The position numbers and the translations under genes were made by a program. DNA of 64,000 nucleotides from Eledone cirrhosa (taxonomy: Eukaryota), in assembly GCA_964016885.1 (NCBI GenBank), contig OZ024740.1, positions 359,104,001 through 359,168,000 of the forward strand. Direction: 5' to 3'. Under the pieces are notes generated by a model. The model made no database searches. It was not told the origin of the DNA and worked only from the letters and a program-made list of their open reading frames with translations. Shown one piece after another: positions 38,581 to 53,488 of the stretch (position 1 is its first letter; each line of letters opens with the position of its first letter).

Positions 38581-38949
38581 ACACCTAGTTTTGGTTGAAA
38601 ACTTAGTTATAGAAGATAACAGAATTACAGCAAACACAAACAGAGAATAGATGATAGATTTAGTTCAAGGATAGCTCGCCAATTCAGAGTTATTGTAACA
38701 TTAAGCCATCCCCGGATGGCACATACGCAACAATGCTAACCATTGTGCGTTCGTAGGCGCGATAAAGTCGGGTGGGGTTGTTATGTGGCGACAGAAATTC
38801 TGATGCCATTCATTAATCAGAACCAAACATTCCACCGCTACAGCGGTCTACAGGTATTAAACTGTGTCAGTAGACATTGGCCGATAACCAGCCTAGTGTG
38901 ACGGTAAAAAATTAAGGTAAAGTAGCTACTTATATGTAATTTAAAATAT

Positions 38950-39260
38950 ATATGAATAAATAAATACAACAGTTAAGAAAAGGCACTCAATTCATGTGTG
39001 AAGGTGATGTCCGAATGAGTATCCCCCACAACCAACTAACTTACCCTCCACCTCTGGGTCCTGACCGACAGGATGAAGAATGTATTGCCCCGGAGGATGG
39101 CAAGGGAGACCCGCTGGAACAGCCACCCCTCGTCGCGAGGCTCGCAGCCTCGGGCAGCCAACACCACCCCGTAAGAGGCAAGCAGGGATGTGGATCGGGG
39201 GCGAAGAATACCGAAAGGCTCCACTTCTACAGGCTCTACCACAAACCTATCCGAAAGCGG
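38950..39260 (-). mobile_element. CRE-like RLE retrotransposon 3' fragment
   Basis: EPVEVEPFG...CEPRDEGWLFQRVSLAILRGN resembles the C-terminus of CRE-clade proteins. Confidence 0.65.
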
Positions 39261-40183
39261 CCGATGTATAAGATTATAGAAATTGTATAAAATGATAAAA
39301 GATAAAAAGTTATAAACAGATATAAAAACTTATAAAGATTACAAAAATTATATTTAACTCCGTTAACTACCCAACCACGCATGGGATACCACACCTACAA
39401 TGGTTGATTTACAAACATCTTGTGCTTTAATTTATTGCATCATCGTTTACTAACCGGAATGATCAGTTTTTCCATTTGGTAAACAATATAACATAACTGG
39501 TATGTATAGTACGAAATTAATATTTAGGTTGAGATCTTTTAAACTCATATGTAATGAACTAATATGTATGATTAGCAAACACATTACACAAAACTATTAG
39601 TAGTAACAAGCTAATAGGAGAGAGAAGGTAAGAGAGATGCGTGACAATAACTGCAAGTTGTATCTATCTTTAGTCAAGAATACTTGAAGTATAGGCATTC
39701 TACTTCACAAATGAAGATCTTTGCTTATAGTAATTTTTATATTGATAAACATTTTAATACATTCGGTTTATTTCATAGCTCCAAGTAAAAATACTTGTAG
39801 TGAATTTGAAGTATCCAGCATTTTGAGGTAATTATTATTGAAGCTAAAATATTAGGATATTGATTCGAAATACCTACATATCAACTACAGTATATATTGT
39901 GTTGTATATTAGGTACATCATCATGGTTTGCCCAGCAGCTAACAACGAAATTATTTTGGAAACATACCATAAATATAACATTTATTTCATTAAGTGACAA
40001 TCAACTGTGCCATTTTGAAACATTGTATGTGCAAACATATGTATACATATATGAATATTCTAAATTCATGCCCCCACGAATTTGTCCAAATACTGGACAT
40101 CTTTTAGCAAAAATGATTTATACCCCGCTGTTGCTTTGGCTGCCATCTTTAATGCATTAGTGCATTATTCTGTACGTATATAT

Positions 40184-40286
<103 letters not shown>

Positions 40287-41055
40287 TCAAATTAAAAAAG
40301 AAAAAATATATATAGAGAGAGAGAAAGAAAGAGAGAGAGAGAGAGAAATTAAAAGATGTATATCTATTTATTTATTTATACAAATACCTATATATATACA
40401 CACACAAGCACGCGTCACACACACATTGGACTAAGTATATTTTATGTATATTTTGACTTGCAGACAACAGAGTAAATGGACAGCAACAATCATAATTAAT
40501 CAGATTTTTTACTGGTTGTAGCCATTCGAGTGGTCTCTGGTCATACTGGGGTAATCTATTTTAATCTATTGCGTATTAAATCGATCTCTATTTGCTGGAC
40601 CACTAACGAAGTGAAATAGACAGAATGTGAAAGAGAGGGAGGGACAGCGTGAGAGAAACTGAAGACGGAGAATGAGATAGTGTAAGAATAGATAGATAGG
40701 CTGAGACAGAGAGTAAAAGACAAGGAAAGCAAGAGTGGAGAAGATAAGACGGGAAGAAAGAGAGAGAGAGAGGAGTGATTATGTGTAATAGAATACGAGA
40801 GAGAAAGGAAAATAGTGACAGACAGAGGAAAAGACAGACAAGAAAGAAATAAAGTGTGAGATAAAGAGAAACAGAATGAATAAACGATAGCACTGTATTT
40901 AAAATTTCAACTTGATGTTTTGTTCGTAAAACCGGTTAGCCACTACTCAATAGGAATCCCTTATGTCTGTACACATGGATGAAATAAACTGAATGCATCA
41001 TTTATTCACAAAATCTGTGGGGGTCAAGCCCTTTGGAACAATATACGACAATGCA

Positions 41056-41167
41056 AGAATGTTAAGTTATCTATCGGTGGATTCACATTTACTTCAGATT
41101 TGGCATTTAAATATATGTGTGGTTGGCTTGATCTTGTCAAGATTATTCGTTTTCTAATATTACGCGC

Positions 41168-41262
<95 letters not shown>

Positions 41263-41426
41263 CGTGTGTGTGTGTGTGTGCGTGTGTGTGTGTGAGTGTG
41301 TGTGTGTGTGTGTGTAATATTAGAAAACGAATTATCTTGACAAGATCAAGGTCACCACACATATTTAAATGCCAAATCTGAAGCATAAAATAAACGTGAA
41401 TCCACCGATAGATAACTTAACATTCT
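41056..41426. repeat. ~110-bp inverted repeat enclosing a (TG)n tract
   Basis: 41056-41163 and 41314-41426 are near reverse complements. Confidence 0.85.
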
Positions 41427-41503
41427 ATATATATGTGTGGGTGTGTGCATTGGTGCTCCGACTTAGCGATATACATATATATATTCGTATATATGTATAT
41501 ATA

Positions 41504-41603
41504 TAACGAAGGAAATGTGGTAAGGAACCAGGTGGACCATAACGTACCAAAGTACTCAATACTTAGGGTAGTAGAGTGGGTAATAGGGGTCCTACTCGTT
41601 CCT
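41504..41603. mobile_element. Half-hammerhead element with the palindromic centre deleted
   Basis: Start of the long arm (TAACGAAGG...GTAATAGG) joined directly to the end of the short arm (GGTCCTACTCGTTCCT); (TA)n flanks. Confidence 0.8.
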
Positions 41604-41681
41604 ATATATATATATATATATATTTATATGTATTTATATATATTTATATATATATAAATATATATAAATATATATAAATAC

Positions 41682-41710
<29 letters not shown>

Positions 41711-41712
<2 letters not shown>

Positions 41713-41911
41713 ACGAAGGAAATGTGGTAAGGAACCAGGTGGACCATAACGCACCAAAGTACTCAATACTTGAGGTAGTAGAGTGGGTAATAGGAACCAA
41801 TAAGACCCCGACAGCTGAGCTCAAGACGTTTCGACGGCTAATTCTGGACTATTTTAGTCCAGAATTAGCCGTCGAAACGGCTTGAGCTCTGCTGTCGGGG
41901 TCTTACTGGTT

Positions 41912-41914
<3 letters not shown>
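41711..41914. mobile_element. Half-hammerhead fold-back element, complete palindromic copy in (TA)n
   Basis: ...GACGGCTAATTCTGGACTA-TTT-TAGTCCAGAATTAGCCGTC GAAACGGCTTGAGCTCTGCTGTC GGGGTC... Confidence 0.87.
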
Positions 41915-41961
<47 letters not shown>

Positions 41962-42055
41962 TATATATATAGAGATATATTTATTAAAATAACAGATTAA
42001 AGTTTAAGCAAAGAATCGCTGCTCCTTGGATTTTAGTCTTCAAATTTATTATTAT

Positions 42056-42156
<101 letters not shown>

Positions 42157-42203
42157 TATATATATATATATATATATATGCATATATATATATATATATA
42201 TGC

Positions 42204-42240
<37 letters not shown>

Positions 42241-42293
42241 CATATATATATATATATATATATGCATGTATATATATATATATATTTACATAC

Positions 42294-42801
42294 TTTAGCA
42301 GAAAAAGCTTGGACGCTCAGGGATAGCGATCAGAAGTTTACCCTAAAATGGGAAAAATTAGCTAAAACCCAAAGCTTTTCCAGGAGCCAAAATTTCTGCA
42401 AATTGTGTAATCTTGAGATTTATTACATAATCACACACAAGAAGAAACTGCTGAATAACAGAATTGAACGAACATTATTCTGCCGTCACAGAACTAAAAC
42501 CCTTTTTTCCCACTACAAGCCGAATATTACATAAAAGAGGGACATCCCCCAACTATATAAACCTTAATCTAGTTAGAAAAATATAAAAACAATCTCTTCT
42601 CAACATATATTAATAACCTTAAATTATCACACTAATAATGGAAAGATATACTGATGAGAATAGGTGCAAATATGCGATAATGAATGTGTCTAAAAACGTC
42701 CATAAGTATGTATATATATGTGAAAATGTATATAAATAAGTAAATATATATATATGTTTGATGTGTATAGTTAGATGTAAGTGTATTCATGTATTAAAGT
42801 G

Positions 42802-42844
<43 letters not shown>

Positions 42845-43560
42845 GTGTATATGGACGTGTATGTATGTGTATGTGTGTACACATGGACTAGAGTATGTAT
42901 GTATATATGTGTGTGTCTATACGTGTGTATATAAAGATAAGTTGAGTATGAAAATGTATACACATGAGCGCGTATGTATGTACATGAATACATGTGTGTA
43001 TATATATGTGTATACATGTGTATATATATGTAAGTATGAATATGTGAATTGTGAGTATATGTATTTTGTAGAGGTGTGCAAATATATTTGTGTGTGAATG
43101 CGTGGGTGAAAGGATACGTACACTTGAAAGAAAAATTTAAGTCTGAATGTTAATTAAGTGCAAACACAAAACCAACCACGCATATCTTTACTATCTCTAA
43201 TCCTTCTATAGATTTAGAAAAATAACCAATAATATATTCTATAAAAAATGTCAAAACAACAGATGGGAATCTAATTACTCACTGCCACCAAGAATTCTCA
43301 CTGCTATCGAAAAACCACTCCTTCAACTATTCTTCTAACAACTTCACCCCTCCCTCCTAATATTCTCTATAAAAACTAAATAGGTCCTCAGTAATATTAT
43401 TCTGATGAAATGACAGTAAATAATAACATTGAAATATTGAATGTCTGCATAACTAAAAGTTTGTAGATAGCAGCTGTTTTAGGTTATGTAACTGTTATAG
43501 AAACACGTGTCAATAAATTCCTTTCAACTAAACTGTATCCATTCAAATCTTTCTATATTT
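42294..43560 (+). mobile_element. Penelope-like element 3' fragment (end of GIY-YIG, long 3'UTR, hammerhead)
   Basis: LAEKAWTLR...FTLKW...FCKLCNLE...[15 protein letters not shown], homologous to the 56.6-56.8 kb ORF; (TA)n on both sides. Confidence 0.82.
43397..43516 (+). ncRNA. Hammerhead ribozyme with ~91-nt stem II
   Basis: TTATT CTGATGA A ATGACAGT...ACTGTTAT A GAAAC ACGT GTC AATAA. Stem I 5 bp; palindromic loop III. Confidence 0.75.
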
Positions 43561-43641
43561 ACATATATATATATATATACATACATATATATATTTATAC
43601 ATACATATATATACATACATACATACATATATATATATATG

Positions 43642-43715
<74 letters not shown>

Positions 43716-44580
43716 TGCATTGGTGCTTCGACTTAGTGATATACATATGAATGTAAGTATTGAATATCTAATAGTATACAGGATGTTTATGAAAAGCATT
43801 GGAAGGCCTTTCGCTATCAATTTTAAGATGCGTGTTTGTACGATTATACAGGCACAATGGTATAAGAAGATCTGGGATGTTGTTATGAGATCAATTCATC
43901 CAAATAAAAATATATATATGCATAGAGGCATTGCCAAAGAAAATCCATATAGCAAATCAAAGAACTTACATAGATGGTAAACTTTCGATTTGAATTGTTT
44001 ATATTACTGTTCCTAATGCAATTTTTAAATTTATATTAGTAGAGCTAAATTTAGGTTCTAATAGTGACTACCTGTAACAATTTGTATAATCCATACATTT
44101 GTCAGCCAATATGATTAATTACTTTACGCATTAATCAATATTTTAATGCATGCATATATATACTTTTCTAAAAAAAAACCTGGCATTTCGAGCCACTTTT
44201 TTCCACATAAAACAGAAGTAACATTCGAACACCAACCAGATGCTAGAAAAACCACAAACCCTCCATCTCAATTCTACTACTGTGAAACCGGTAAAGGAAA
44301 CAAATGAATTTTCTTAAAAAGACTCCAGTCGCATTTTCGATTTCATCTTTTTTCCTTATACTTTCACTCGTGTAGGACATCTCGTTTTTTTTTGTTTTTT
44401 TTTTTCATTTAAAAAAAAACACCTCATTTTCATATATATTTATATATATTTATATAATTGGTGTTGGATACTTAAAGCGTCCGTATGCGGTAGGCCGTAT
44501 GAGCACTCGATGCCCTCATAGAGCAGAGTATTATATCACAGAAAAAAGACAATCAGTGTTGCGACGAAAGGAATTTATTC

Positions 44581-44675
44581 GACATATTACAATTGTTTCT
44601 CGGGTAACCAGCTCGAGGCACGTTCGATGTGGTGATCAAACCTGACTCTGAAATCGCACGGTCTTCGGATACGTC
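44581..44675 (-). ncRNA. Hammerhead-like motif with ~62-nt stem II and one core substitution
   Basis: GACGTAT CCGAAGA ... GAAAC AATT GTA ATATGTC. 7-bp stem I, followed by GAATAAATTCCTTTC. Lies in a short (TA)-flanked element at about 44457-44685. Confidence 0.65.
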
Positions 44676-45829
44676 TCGATATACATTTATATATATATAT
44701 TAGGGTGTCCCTTAGCAATAGGTAATTTTCGGAAATTTTTAAAGCTTGCTCCTCCCATCCACCCACTAATCCTGTCTCGATCAACAACAACACGGGGTGT
44801 GCAACATTTCATGCCAATCGAACAACTGTTAGGTGACCCTCAAACGCCTTGTATTTGGAATATAGTATACGCAACGATTAATTCTGTTCAAAAGCGGTAT
44901 ACTGTCCCCTATCTCGACCATTTTCTTTTTTCTTATTAGAGAAATTTATGTGGACACATCCAGGCAACCCCAGCAAATGTTTAAAAACATTCTGAATCAA
45001 ATTTACTAATAGTTAATTTGAAACATTCCTGAAATAACATGAAAAACTTAATAAATATTAGCTTTTCTTTATAAAACACACAACTTCTATAAGAGAAACG
45101 CATTTTTATTTACAACAATAATTTCTATAGAATCAAAAACATAATGTGAATACTGAGCACTGAATAATGAACATTATTTTTGCACGAAAGGATTCAGAGA
45201 CACATCGGTATGTTTTACGGTTTTCGTTAACGATCTATGAAACAAATCGTAACCTTAATCCCTAACCCTAATATATATATCAGAATGTGTTGGTCTAGTG
45301 AAAGAGTGGGATTTGTGAGAGAGATGTAGTGGGATATAGAGAGGAGGTGAGAGTTTATTAGTCTAGTGAGAGTGGGGATTTAAGATGTTCAAAGGGAGTG
45401 ATGTATGTAGGGGAATATAAAGGAGGGTGAGAGAATTTGGTGGTCTAGTGAGAGACCACCAAATTTGCTGGTTAATTTCATGAGTAGGCTGTTCCGTTGA
45501 TAGTATCAACTGGAACACTCGTCGTCGTAACTGATGGAGTGTATGTGCTTATATGTGTGTGTGTTAATATATGTGTATGCCTGTGCCTATATACATATGT
45601 GTGTGTCTATGTATCTCTCTATATATTAGGAGTTTCCCAAACACTGATTAGAATGGTGTTGAAGTGTGTATACATTTTTTGGGACACCCTCTATGTATGT
45701 GAGTGTGTATGTATATATATTTATTCATATATACACGCACACATATATATATATACAGATCGAACCTTTAGGTGATCAATAGCGAAACATGAGTCATTAC
45801 TCAATAAGCGTAATGATGACATAACAAAT

Positions 45830-46327
45830 TATCATTGTTCTTTGAGTCTCAGTCATTGGTGTTATTGAACTGGAAAGTTTGTTGAAATGAATATCAAACT
45901 GCTACCTGCAGCCTCAGATATTCAGGACGTATCGGATGGTTCTTGCTGTTCCCAGCAAGCATACCTTTTGAAGTGTTCCAAAAAGCGCGGCTGGACTAAT
46001 CTTCTTTAACCATCCTTGGAAATTCTTCGAGATAGTACCTAGTGCGCCTATGACAATCGGGACGACCTTGATTTTATGGCTGTTCCAAATCCTTTTTAAC
46101 TCCCACTTTAAATCCTGGTATCGGTTAATTTTCGCCCTCTCCTTTTCTTGCACTCTCGTGTTAAATGGGCAGGCTACATCTACAACCAGGCACGATTTTT
46201 TTCCTTGTCCAAAACCACCAGGTCGGGCCTATTGTGTTCTAATTTCTTGTCCGTCTGTATCCTAAAATCCCATAGCACCTTCACCTGATCGTTTTCTATC
46301 ACCGACTCTGGCTTATGCTCATAACAC
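45830..46327 (-). mobile_element. 3' fragment of R4/Dong-like RLE LINE family B
   Basis: YEHKPESVIENDQVKVLWDFRIQTDKKLEHNRPDLVV...GTARTIRYVLNI*. 5' junction lies at the (TTA)n tract 46328-46351. Confidence 0.9.
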
Positions 46328-46351
46328 TTATTATTATTATTATTATTATTA

Positions 46352-48364
46352 CAGTTGCATTTATCTTGCTTTATGTTCATACGAGTTATCACCAAGTCAC
46401 AACCAGTAACCTCAAGAGACAACAAGGTCCACCATGTTCAAGAAAGAACATACACACACACATGCATCTTTAGGTGTTATGACGTGTGATGTAATTATAT
46501 TGACAGAATTTTCCTTAGTATATGGACAGTTCCCATTAGTACTATCTTTTGTATTTCTCCTATACGCGGGTTTCCTGGGATTTGCGATAAGTAACCATTA
46601 GACCCCTTAGGTACCATTCCTAGAGCGCCTACAACCACTGGTATTGTTTTAGTTCTCAATTTCCACAGTTTTCCAATTTCTATCCCCAGGTCCTTATAAT
46701 TGCTCAATTTTTCAAATGTTTTTATAGATACATTCTTGTCTATTGGAACGGACATATCGATTAGCAGGCATACCCTCTTTTTAAAGTCCTTCAGTATTAT
46801 ATCAGGTCTATTTGCATCTATTTTTCGGTCTGTTTGGATGCAAAAGTTCCACAAGATTGAGATGTGATCTTTTTCAAGTATGGGAGGTGGTTGATGCTCC
46901 CACCAATTCTTTTGATGGAGCAGGTCAAAATGCTTACACATTATCCAATGTATGTATTGTGCAGCTCTGTCATGCCTCTTTAGGTATTCTGTTGGAGCTA
47001 TAGGACTGCACATTGAAATTATATGATCAATGGTCTCTGGTTGTTTTTTACATACACGGCATAATGGGTTGCATCCATTTTTTATTATGTTGGCTTGGTA
47101 ATTTTTTGTTGGCAGACACTGATCTTGTGCTGATATAATCAGTCCTTCAGTCTCCGATTTCAGTCCAGAGGATGCCAACCACTGATGGGTTAAAGTGTCG
47201 TCAACATCAGGATTGTTAGCTCTTTCTGGGTATTTTCCATACAGAGGCTTTTCTTGCCATTTCTTAGCCAGTTTCTGTAGCAGTTCTTTCTTTGCAGTTA
47301 CTTTTACCTGCTTTGCTTTTTTTGTGTTTTCCATTTCAGCAGTAAATAGGACTTCTGAAATTTGTAGTCCATTACTGTATCTTTGTGCATCTTTTGTAAT
47401 GGAGTATGATCTTTAGATGCTTTCATGTTTCAAAACGAGTTTGATCATCCAATCATGTGATTCACTTAGATATGGAGATAATTCAATTGTTGTAGTTTTC
47501 AACGCAATATCTAACTGGATTAACCCACGTCCTCCTTCTTTCCTAGGGAGATATATTCTATTTGTATCTGCCTTGGGGTGATGCATTCTCTGCATGGTTA
47601 AGAATTTTCTAATTTTTGTATCGAGACTACGGATCTCTGTGCTTGACCAGTTGATGACATTGTAACTCTAGGTTACTACTGGTATGGCAAGCGTGTTTAT
47701 GGCATCGATCCTATTCCTTGCATTCAATTCCGTTCTTAAGATTGCTCTTACTCTGCGGTAACATTCCTTCCTTATCCTTTCCCTCATTGTCGTGTGCTTG
47801 ATTCCGTCTCCTTCACAAACACCTAGATATTTGTAAGTTTCCTCTTGATCAAGTTCTCTTATCACATTCCCCCGATCAAGATTAATTTCTGAACTTTTCA
47901 GCAGCTTTCCTCTGGTGAACGTTGCTTTGGCGCATTTATCTAGTCCAAACTCCATTTTAATGTCATCACTGAACTGCTCCACAGTGGATAATAGCCCTTG
48001 CAATTGTTCATCATTTTTTGCAAATAGTTTCAGGTCATCCATGTAGAACAAGTGATTAATGGTTTTGTCATAGACTTTATATCCATGTTTTGTTTCATTG
48101 AGCATTTTACTTAATGGTATAAGTGCGATGCAGAATAAAAGCGGTGATAAATTCCACAATTAATATTAACTTCTCCAGCTTACAGTGATTTGTTTTTCAC
48201 TATTCAAAAGGAGTGTCGTTTTCCATGTCTTCATACTGAATGACAGGAACCTCCTGACAACGGGAGATATTTTGAAAATCTCTAAACATTTATTCAATCC
48301 AACTGTGAGGCAAACTATCGAATGCTTTTTTATAATCTATCCAAGCAATTGATAGATTTTTGTG
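46352..48364 (-). mobile_element. R4/Dong-like RLE LINE family A, 5'-truncated
   Basis: SIAWIDYKKAFDSLPHSW, HLFYMDDLKL (RT), CRVCKKQPETIDHIISMC (CCHC), RHD and NRPDII..D (RLE). (AAT)n at both ends in element sense. Confidence 0.92.
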
Positions 48365-48384
48365 TTACTATTATTATTATTATT

Positions 48385-51300
48385 GGCGACCTACGTAGGA
48401 AATCGTATCATCGTGAGCTCCGCAAAGGTTTGTTGTTTTCAGTTGTTTCAAATTACCATTTATGGAAAAAAATGTTTGTTAAGTGTTTATAAGGTCACAA
48501 AATTTGCTTTCGGAAAAGGACACTCAAAAAGATTAGGACCTTCAGCCCAAAATTTAAACTTTTATAATTATCAAACAAAAAATTAGTTTTAAAAAAACAT
48601 GGACGACTCACGGCTACACCAGGTGACAGCCTTCCTCACAAACTAACACCTCACACCAACACCACCATTGTAAATATTACTACGTTTGCCAACACTAAAA
48701 ATATAAGCAGTAGCAATAATTTAGATTTGTCTCATGCAGACATTCATTTCCCGCCATTACCAAAAACTGCAGGTGTTGAAGCCGCCACCCTCACCACCAC
48801 CACAGCGAAAACAGAAACAAAAAAATAAAAATAATTATCTCGTGACATCGAAATAGATTCACCCAGAATCGACTCTTCCACACCGAACACCACTGACGCC
48901 ACCACCACCACAACTGAAAATAAAAATAAAAATAACAAAAATAACAATGACAACAACAGCAACAACAACAATGAGAATAACAATACCGTGTCTTTGCCAA
49001 AGCAACCAAAAAATGCGAAACAATCCAGGTAACTCAGGAGGAATTGGATGAAGCCAAGAGAATGGTAAAGAAAGTTAGGTACAGGGTCAGCCTCAACCCC
49101 CCCCCCCACACACACACACACGCACAACTAATAAAATGGAGCATCGGCGCCTATGCACCGTGTCTTATCGGACGATTAACATAAAATCGCGCCGAGGGGA
49201 TGGGCATCCCAGTCCCAAATCCAAAAAGCTTTGGGACGTGTGTGGGCAAAAGAAAACCCACATCAGACGTGCGCGCTGAAATATGGAACCGTGGGCGTGT
49301 TCTTTGGAATACCACAAGAGGCCAGAGAGCACTACATGGCCCCATTAAGAAGCGACGACTTCACACTAGTCCCAAGCTAGTTTGGCCAGAGACTCGTAAA
49401 GATCAGGGTGACCCACGTTCTACCGGCCATCGAAATTCCCTGGCTATTGGCTGCCGTCCTCGCCGGCCGCATCGAGGCCAACACCAAAGTAATAGAAATA
49501 GCAAAAGAAAAGCAGGAGAATTGGTCCGGATCTGGGATGGAGCTCCTGATCCAAGTACACCAAAATAGCATTGAGGAGATCCCAGAGGTAACAGACCTCA
49601 CTGACGGCAGCCACCTCACCGTAATCGTCTAGGGTATAAGGCCTAGGTGTGTCATTTGTTGTGAGGGAACCCACCTAAGGGCTTTCTGCCCTCAGGCTAA
49701 AAGGTTGAGGCCACCTCTCTTACCCACCCCAGTGACTCAACCATCAACACCACCAGCATCAGAAATGGCAGTAACAACAGAAGCAACTGTAGCAGCAACA
49801 GTAACAAAACCAACACCACCACCACTCAACACGCCAGAACTAGCACCAGCGCCTACACCATCCACTACGCCACAACCAAAACCAACGCCTGTGGAGGATT
49901 TTCCACTCCCCGACCTATCGTAACTGAAGACACATTGTGGCGACGAGGAGTGGGAAACGAAGTCAAAAAAGAAAAAATCCTCTTCCTTCCCCCTCGAAAA
50001 ACAAAATACAGAGGGAAACAAATAAACTATCAAACAAAAATGTTAAGACAGCTATGCCACCATCCACACCAGCATCACCAACCCCATCACCACAAACACC
50101 ACCACCATCACCATCATTAACCCCAACACCACCATCACCAACACCACAAAGGTCACCAAAAAGCGAAACAGAAACAAACCTACAACAAACGCAAACAAAA
50201 CAAAACAACCGAAACGATAGACACTACACAGCATTAAATTTGAACACAACCAATTACTACACTACATCCAACACAACACCAGCATCACAGAAAAAGACTA
50301 CACAACACCCCAAAAGTTCACACCACCTCCACACATACAAATCACTTGCATCACACAGAAAACGTACACGACACTAAAACAAAAATTCCCCAAAGACATC
50401 TAAGACTTCCGACAAGCACTCTCCAGGAGGATTTATAAGGACATCCTTTCGGAGGAGGCCACAAGCAGTGAAAAGGATGGAGAAACCATCCATCCTCTAC
50501 GAGAAGTAAGGTAAGTGGTCTTTCCCATCTTTTCCACTCCATTTCAACATGACCTCACTCAGAATAGGCAGCATAAATGCGCGTGGCTTGGGGTCGTCAT
50601 GGAAACAGGGCCACCTGCTCAACGACCTCAGGTTGCTAAACATAGATGTAGTGGCCATCAGCGAGACCAGAATTTCCGAAGCACGGGCCTTGGCACCAAT
50701 CTTCGGCGGCTACGATGTGTACGCATCTCCCAGCCGTCCTAGATCAGGGGAGGAGTTGCTGTGCTTTTACGGAGAGGTTTGGATCTCGCCATACGCGGCA
50801 TCTTCCTGGACCCAGAAGGTAAGTTGGTGGTGCTGGACGTAACCAGCGGAGACGGGCAAGCTTTCAGGCTAGTGGCGGTCTATGCCCCGACAAGAGCAGG
50901 GCAGCCTGATTTCTTCCGGCGTCTGGAGACCTTTCTTGGAACGTCCCGCTCTTTAGTGTTAGTGGGCGACTGGAACGGGATCTTAGATGCACGCTGGGAC
51001 TGTGTGCGATTAGTGGATAGGGGAGGAGGGTGCAAGAGCCTCACCAACCTGCTCAGGCGTTTTGAACTGTCTGACAGGTACCGATTGGATTTCCTAAATG
51101 TGCCAATGTGGACTTGGACAAACCGCGTCGGGTCATCCAGATAATATCTAGATAGAGTATTTTGTAGGGAAATAGATAGGTCTAGCATAGGCTGTCCACA
51201 ATTCAAGACAGTCAGCTACACGGACCAAAAATTCGTGATCTGTTTGCTTGACGTAGATAGGCTTCATAGACGAGGACTCGGCTACTGGAAGCTAAACGCG

Positions 51301-53033
51301 TCCTTACCAGCGCGCAAGGCCTACAGAGACCGTATTAGCGAACTAGTTAAGTGGGCGTGGCTTGCTCTCAAAAGAGCGATTAGAATAGAGTCCATTAGGT
51401 TTTCTAAGGCTTTAGCTATAGAGAAAAATAGAGCAGAGAGAGAACTAGTTAGAAAATTAGACGAGGCGCTTAGCAAAGGGATCGCGACCGACGTACTTGC
51501 GGCGAAGACTGCGTTGTCAGAGCTAGGGTGCGTGTTCTCAGACACTACGGGCGCATGCTACTCGATCCCGGGCAAATCTGTGAAGCTTTTCAGCGACACT
51601 TCGCTCAGCTGTTCGGGGGCAGCGGTGGCCGGATCGAGGGATGGACTTTAGTGTCTACCTTGACGGACTGCCGCGGCTCTCGGCCACTGAGGTGGAGTGT
51701 TGCAAAAAGCCGATAACAGCCGCTGAAGTACTGGAGGCAATGACTGTCTGCACAAGGGGTAAATCGCCTGGTTTAGATGTTCTGCCTTATGAACTTTACG
51801 TACAGATGCCATACTTGTTCGGAGTCCTTGTTGGCGGACGTCTACTGAGGCGGAGTTTTGCGAAAAGCCGATAACAGCAGCTGAAGTACAGGAGGAAATG
51901 ACTGGCTGCACAAGGGGTAAATCGCCTGGTTTGGATGATCTGCCCTATTAACTTTACGTACAGATGCCAGACCTGTTCGGAGGCCTCTTGGCGGACGTCC
52001 ACTGCAACTGGCAACAGAACGGGAGAATTCCCAGCTCTGTGAGCCGAGGAGCTGTGGCGCTGCTGAGAAAGGATCCGAACAAGGAGGATAACATAGAAAA
52101 TTTCAGGCCCATAAGTCTGCTAAACACTGAGTTCAAGATTTTGGCCAAGGTGCTAGCAGAGATGTTAGCGCTTGTCGTTGGTGGTCTGGTGGGAGAGGCG
52201 CAGACATGCGCCATTCCCGACAGATCCATCCACGACAACCTCCACCTCATGCGATACATCGTGGAGAGGGTAGCTAGGGAACCTGGCACGGGTGGATCCT
52301 TGATCAATTTAGATCAGTCGAAAGCTTTCGATAGGGTCGACCATATTTACCTAGAGGCTGTCCCGAGGGCGGCTGGCTTTGGGCCCGTCTTCAGAAGCTG
52401 GATCGCTGCCATGCACAGCGACGTCTGCTCTGTGGTGAGAGTGAACGGTCACCTTTCGGAACCGTTCAACATCATGCGCTCGGTCCGCCAAGGATGTCCC
52501 CTCTCGTCCCTCTTGTACGTATTGACTCTCGAGCCATTACTGCACAAACTGGAGACGTTGATGGGAGGAGGTCCCGCGCGAACTAGGATGCCTGATACCC
52601 GTGTCAGCATATGTGGACGATGTCATCGTAGTGGTGTCGAACGCCAAACACATCGAGGCGATCGGCACTACACTGAGAGAATACGAAGCGGTGACAGGAG
52701 CAATGATCAACCAGGAAAAGTCAGTGGGCCTGCAGCTCGGCACCTGGAGAGGCATGTCCATGCCGTCCAACAGCGTCGTCAGGCGCTGGACGGATGGACC
52801 GGTTAAATTTCTAGGGGTCTGGTTTGGTCCGGATCTCCAGACGGACAAAAGCTGGGACGAGGTGACGAGCAGCGTGGCTTCTCTCATCCAGAAATGGGCG
52901 GAGAGGAAGCTATCCCTAAAAGGTCAAGCGGAGGTGGCTAACGCGCACATCGCGTCCGCCATCTACTACTGCCTCACCGTCGGGCCTTGTCCTAAGCCTC
53001 GCCTGACTGCGCTGGAGCGTTTGCTCTTTCGCA
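48385..53033 (+). mobile_element. Tx1-clade LINE copy 4: intact 5' end, decayed, 3' end missing
   Basis: Begins GGCGACCTACGTAG after (ATT)n and is colinear with 18162-13480. Has internal deletions near 51360-51545 and a ~160-bp tandem duplication at about 51690-51995; stops at LERLLFR. Confidence 0.93.
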
Positions 53034-53048
53034 GAGTTTTAGTAATAC

Positions 53049-53097
<49 letters not shown>

Positions 53098-53103
<6 letters not shown>

Positions 53104-53488
53104 TAAAATAGATGTTCTTGTGATCAATTAAATTTTATTATACATATATCAGAGGTACAACAGTACGTCCTCATAAGATAAAATAAAATGATACATGACA
53201 TACCCTGAGATCTTAGATGTTTAAGATTTAATCACTACCTTGATTAAATCTTAAACATCTAACATCTCAGGGAATGTCATGTATCATTTTATTTTATCTG
53301 ATGAGGACGTACTGTTGTACCTCTGAAATGTGTATAATAAAATTTAATTGATCACAAGAACATCTATTTTATTAATATTCGAATTTAATATTAATAACTC
53401 TGGAAATGTTTTTTTTTTAACTGTAGAGTGCTTCCAATCTACTGTAAAAGTCATTCTTTGATGTACTCATTGAATCTTGTTTAAACTC

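Noticed and set aside
42652-42700. CTGATGA in the Penelope 3'UTR
   Set aside because: No properly placed GAAA, stem III or stem I.
45250-45272. CCTAACCCTAA telomere-like motif
   Set aside because: Only about two imperfect units, not an interstitial telomere array.
44701-45693. TAGGGTGTCCC ... GGGACACCCTCTA as terminal inverted repeats of one element
   Set aside because: Only about 10 bp match and the interior is a patchwork of unrelated sequence.
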